64,000 nucleotides of DNA, taken from sequence record NC_061442.1; one strand, given 5' to 3'. The translations under genes and the position numbers were made by a program. This document shows positions 61,920 to 64,000 of the stretch, one piece after another. A model generated the notes under the pieces. The model searched no databases. It saw only the letters and a program-made list of their open reading frames with translations, and was not told where the DNA came from. Positions within the stretch are counted from its first letter, which is position 1, and the number at the start of each line of letters is the position of its first letter.

Positions 61920-62978
61920 TTACGTTCGCTTATTCGTTATGGCTTTAGGTCTAGCCCATCCCAATGTCTTCGCTGGCATGATGCACTTCTTACCGTGAAT
62001 ATCTTTCAGCGTCATACGCACTTCTTTTATTAGATTCATCGGAGCGTTGTCTGGGTCCAGTTTAATCAGCTTACCATCTTCGTCATACTCACGAGGAAGT
62101 TTAAAGTGCTTGACAGGTACTGGAGAGTTCTTTTCAAACTCCGCTTTGATTTTATTACGCAGCAACTTCCCGCCTCCATCATTGTCTGTCATTGTGTAGA
62201 CGACACTAACCCCTAACATCTCAAGCGTTCTGCGTTTCGTTTCCCCAAACTGCTCTGCACCGAGTACAGCCAACGCAGGAATCCCGTAAGACAATAAAGC
62301 AAGCGCATCACGAGGACCTTCAACAAGAACGATATATCGCAACTTGTATTTCTTCAAACACTCTTTGACTAGAGGTAGTGGGAACAAGCCTTTCTCTTTT
62401 GCCCAGTCACCATTCGAGTTCACATAGCTGGTGCCGTTCATTTGCTTACGCAGATACGCAGCGATACCACCTATATATTTCGAACCATGCTTACATGGGA
62501 AAAAGCACACGTTCGTGCCTTGACGTTGTGCGTTCAGCAATCCACCAGCAGCTTGGACAAGCGCTCCAGGATAACCACGCCACTCAACATCTACTGGCCA
62601 CTCCATGTAGCTGTTTCTGCCGAGAGCTTTCATCAACAAACCGACAGACGGGTACGTACCAATCTTCGTGCTGATTTGCTCATACGTTTTGAACAACGCA
62701 CTCAGGCTGTTTGTGTTCGCGTCTTTAAGCGCCCAGCCTTTAATTTCCTGTAGCTTTGCGTGTGCCGCTAATTTGTTCCAACCACCCTTCTCTCCACAGC
62801 CGAAGCAGTGAAAGAAGCCGAGTGGTATCTCCATACCAACAGAAGTGTAAATACCACAACTAGGAGTCTTATCGCTGTGGAACGGACAGCACACCATAAC
62901 AGTGTCACCGTTGTATTTCTTGTCGCCCGGCAATTTGCCTATTTCGTCAAGTATTATTTGATGAACATCTTCTGCCAT
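61920..62978 (-). CDS. dnaG: DNA primase, DnaG-type (CHC2 zinc finger + TOPRIM)
   Basis: CCPFHSDKTPSC...FHCFGCG; VLVEGPRDAL; TDNDGGG. Confidence 0.9.
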   Translation of the reverse strand: MAEDVHQIILDEIGKLPGDKKYNGDTVMVCCPFHSDKTPSCGIYTSVGMEIPLGFFHCFGCGEKGGWNKLAAHAKLQEIKGWALKDANTNSLSALFKTYEQISTKIGTYPSVGLLMKALGRNSYMEWPVDVEWRGYPGALVQAAGGLLNAQRQGTNVCFFPCKHGSKYIGGIAAYLRKQMNGTSYVNSNGDWAKEKGLFPLPLVKECLKKYKLRYIVLVEGPRDALALLSYGIPALAVLGAEQFGETKRRTLEMLGVSVVYTMTDNDGGGKLLRNKIKAEFEKNSPVPVKHFKLPREYDEDGKLIKLDPDNAPMNLIKEVRMTLKDIHGKKCIMPAKTLGWARPKAITNKRT

Positions 62979-63017
62979 ACCATCACCTGTTTGTTTCGTA
63001 ATTTGAGCATATAAGCA

Positions 63018-63026
63018 TATTTACAG
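63018..63026 (-). promoter_or_regulatory. Phage promoter motif CTGTAAATA
   Basis: Intergenic, 40 nt upstream of primase. Confidence 0.75.
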
Positions 63027-63041
63027 AAAAAGGACAATAGA

Positions 63042-63374
63042 ATGGGCAATCCACATCGTTACGTGCATACGGCACAACGTCGTTACTACGGCAAACACTG
63101 GATTGGCTTTTGCGATCTGATTCGCGTCGAGCCTCAAACTTACGGAGCATTCGACAAGCAGGACGATATGATTGGCCTGTCGCTCCCACGTAATTTTGAC
63201 GTAGACGCTGCAACAAAGAGTCTGCGCTTGATTTACACCACGAATGACGAGAACGTAGAAGTACGCTGCTACCTGTTTGGTACTCGCTACTATAGGTTCG
63301 TATTCTTCGAGCAAACCATTGCCGTTAGCGAGGACTCCAATGAGAACGTTAGCAAACATACCAGCGCGAGCTAA
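63042..63374 (+). CDS. Hypothetical protein
   Basis: 110 aa, SD AAGGA. Confidence 0.6.
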   Translation: MGNPHRYVHTAQRRYYGKHWIGFCDLIRVEPQTYGAFDKQDDMIGLSLPRNFDVDAATKSLRLIYTTNDENVEVRCYLFGTRYYRFVFFEQTIAVSEDSNENVSKHTSAS

Positions 63375-64000
63375 TGACACGCGCAATCTGTCTCGCATCG
63401 GTAAAATGATTGACGCTGCTCTTGACGTAAAGAACCAAGAGAAGCGTTGGCCGAAGAAGCGAGTCAGTCCATCTATGTTCCCTATCTGCCCTATTCAAGA
63501 GGCAGCCAAACTTATTTACCAGAAGCATAACAACTGCATGACCGGTGAGTCAGGTACGTTGCTGAACATCTTTGCGAAAGCAGGGACCGGGATGCACGAA
63601 TCATTGCAGAATGCTTTGGGTCATAGTGGTCAGATGGTTGGTCACTGGAAATGTACGAACGATAAATGCGTTGAGTTCCCAAAGACTAAAGGTAAGATGG
63701 TCGATGGTGAGTACGTCAAAGGCAAATACACGCGAACTCGAAGCACGAACAATCGTTGTCCATCGTGCGATAAACCCATGGCTTACGCAGAACTCAAAGT
63801 CCTGTACAAGTCACTCAAGGGATATGTCGATGGCCTGATTGATAATCTGGACGGTACGTACAGCCTGATAGATTTGAAATCGACTATGGTGACCAAAGCT
63901 GCTGATGGATCTTTCTTCGTTAAGTATCACCGCTTCCAGATTGCGACATACGCATACCTGCTGAAAAAGCGTTACGGCTATAACATCGTTGATTATACTC
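63340..64000 (+). CDS. PD-(D/E)XK (RecB/Cas4-like) exonuclease, 3' end beyond window
   Basis: Not in ORF track. ATG 63340 (SD GAGGA); hand translation gives VSPSMFPIC, GTGMHE, CTNDKC..CPSC, AE..GYVDG, IDLKS, QIATYAYLL. Confidence 0.8.
   Translation, partial: MRTLANIPARANDTRNLSRIGKMIDAALDVKNQEKRWPKKRVSPSMFPICPIQEAAKLIYQKHNNCMTGESGTLLNIFAKAGTGMHESLQNALGHSGQMVGHWKCTNDKCVEFPKTKGKMVDGEYVKGKYTRTRSTNNRCPSCDKPMAYAELKVLYKSLKGYVDGLIDNLDGTYSLIDLKSTMVTKAADGSFFVKYHRFQIATYAYLLKKRYGYNIVDYT

Noticed and set aside
1-64000. tRNA genes, rRNA genes and CRISPR arrays
   Set aside because: No cloverleaf with T-loop GTTCRA and CCA, and no regularly spaced direct repeats found by eye; a tRNAscan-SE/CRISPR finder run would be needed to exclude them fully.

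Overview
This 64 kb window is a densely coding segment (roughly 50% GC) of a large lytic myovirus of enterobacteria. Almost everything is on the minus strand, apart from a plus-strand block at 57.7-61.9 kb and 63.0-64.0 kb. From memory, gene content resembles the 'hairy' jumbo phages of Erwinia/Dickeya (Y3, Alexandra, AD1, JA11) and Pseudomonas Lu11/PaBG; this was not database-checked. Replication and recombination genes recognisable from motifs: family A DNA polymerase with an N-terminal UDG-like domain, beta-clamp-like and DnaX-like proteins, DnaG-type primase, UvsW-like helicase, SbcC/SbcD, RuvC and a PD-(D/E)XK nuclease. Virion and other genes: tail sheath, Ig-domain and fibre-like paralog families, a 1949-aa SNF2 ATPase, GH108 lysozyme, Tlde1-like, ART-like, SLOG, DHH, HAD, J-domain and histone H1-like proteins. 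Two phage promoter motifs (CTGTAAATA; CTAATTT) and about 15 intrinsic terminators are visible. The most unusual part is 49.2-55.9 kb. It holds (1) a ~360-nt intergenic, minus-strand RNA that is almost fully base-paired, has a probable pseudoknot and sits under a late-type promoter; (2) a protein whose C-terminal half looks like the TnpB WED/REC lobe with RuvC cleanly absent; (3) a second, minimal family-A-fold polymerase with an altered steric gate; and (4) an origin-like intergenic region. A second notable signal is an N-terminal S-x-S-[AGK] leader shared by about 12 unrelated proteins, a candidate capsid-targeting/protease signal. No tRNA, rRNA or CRISPR array was seen. All family calls come from motif reading, not searches.
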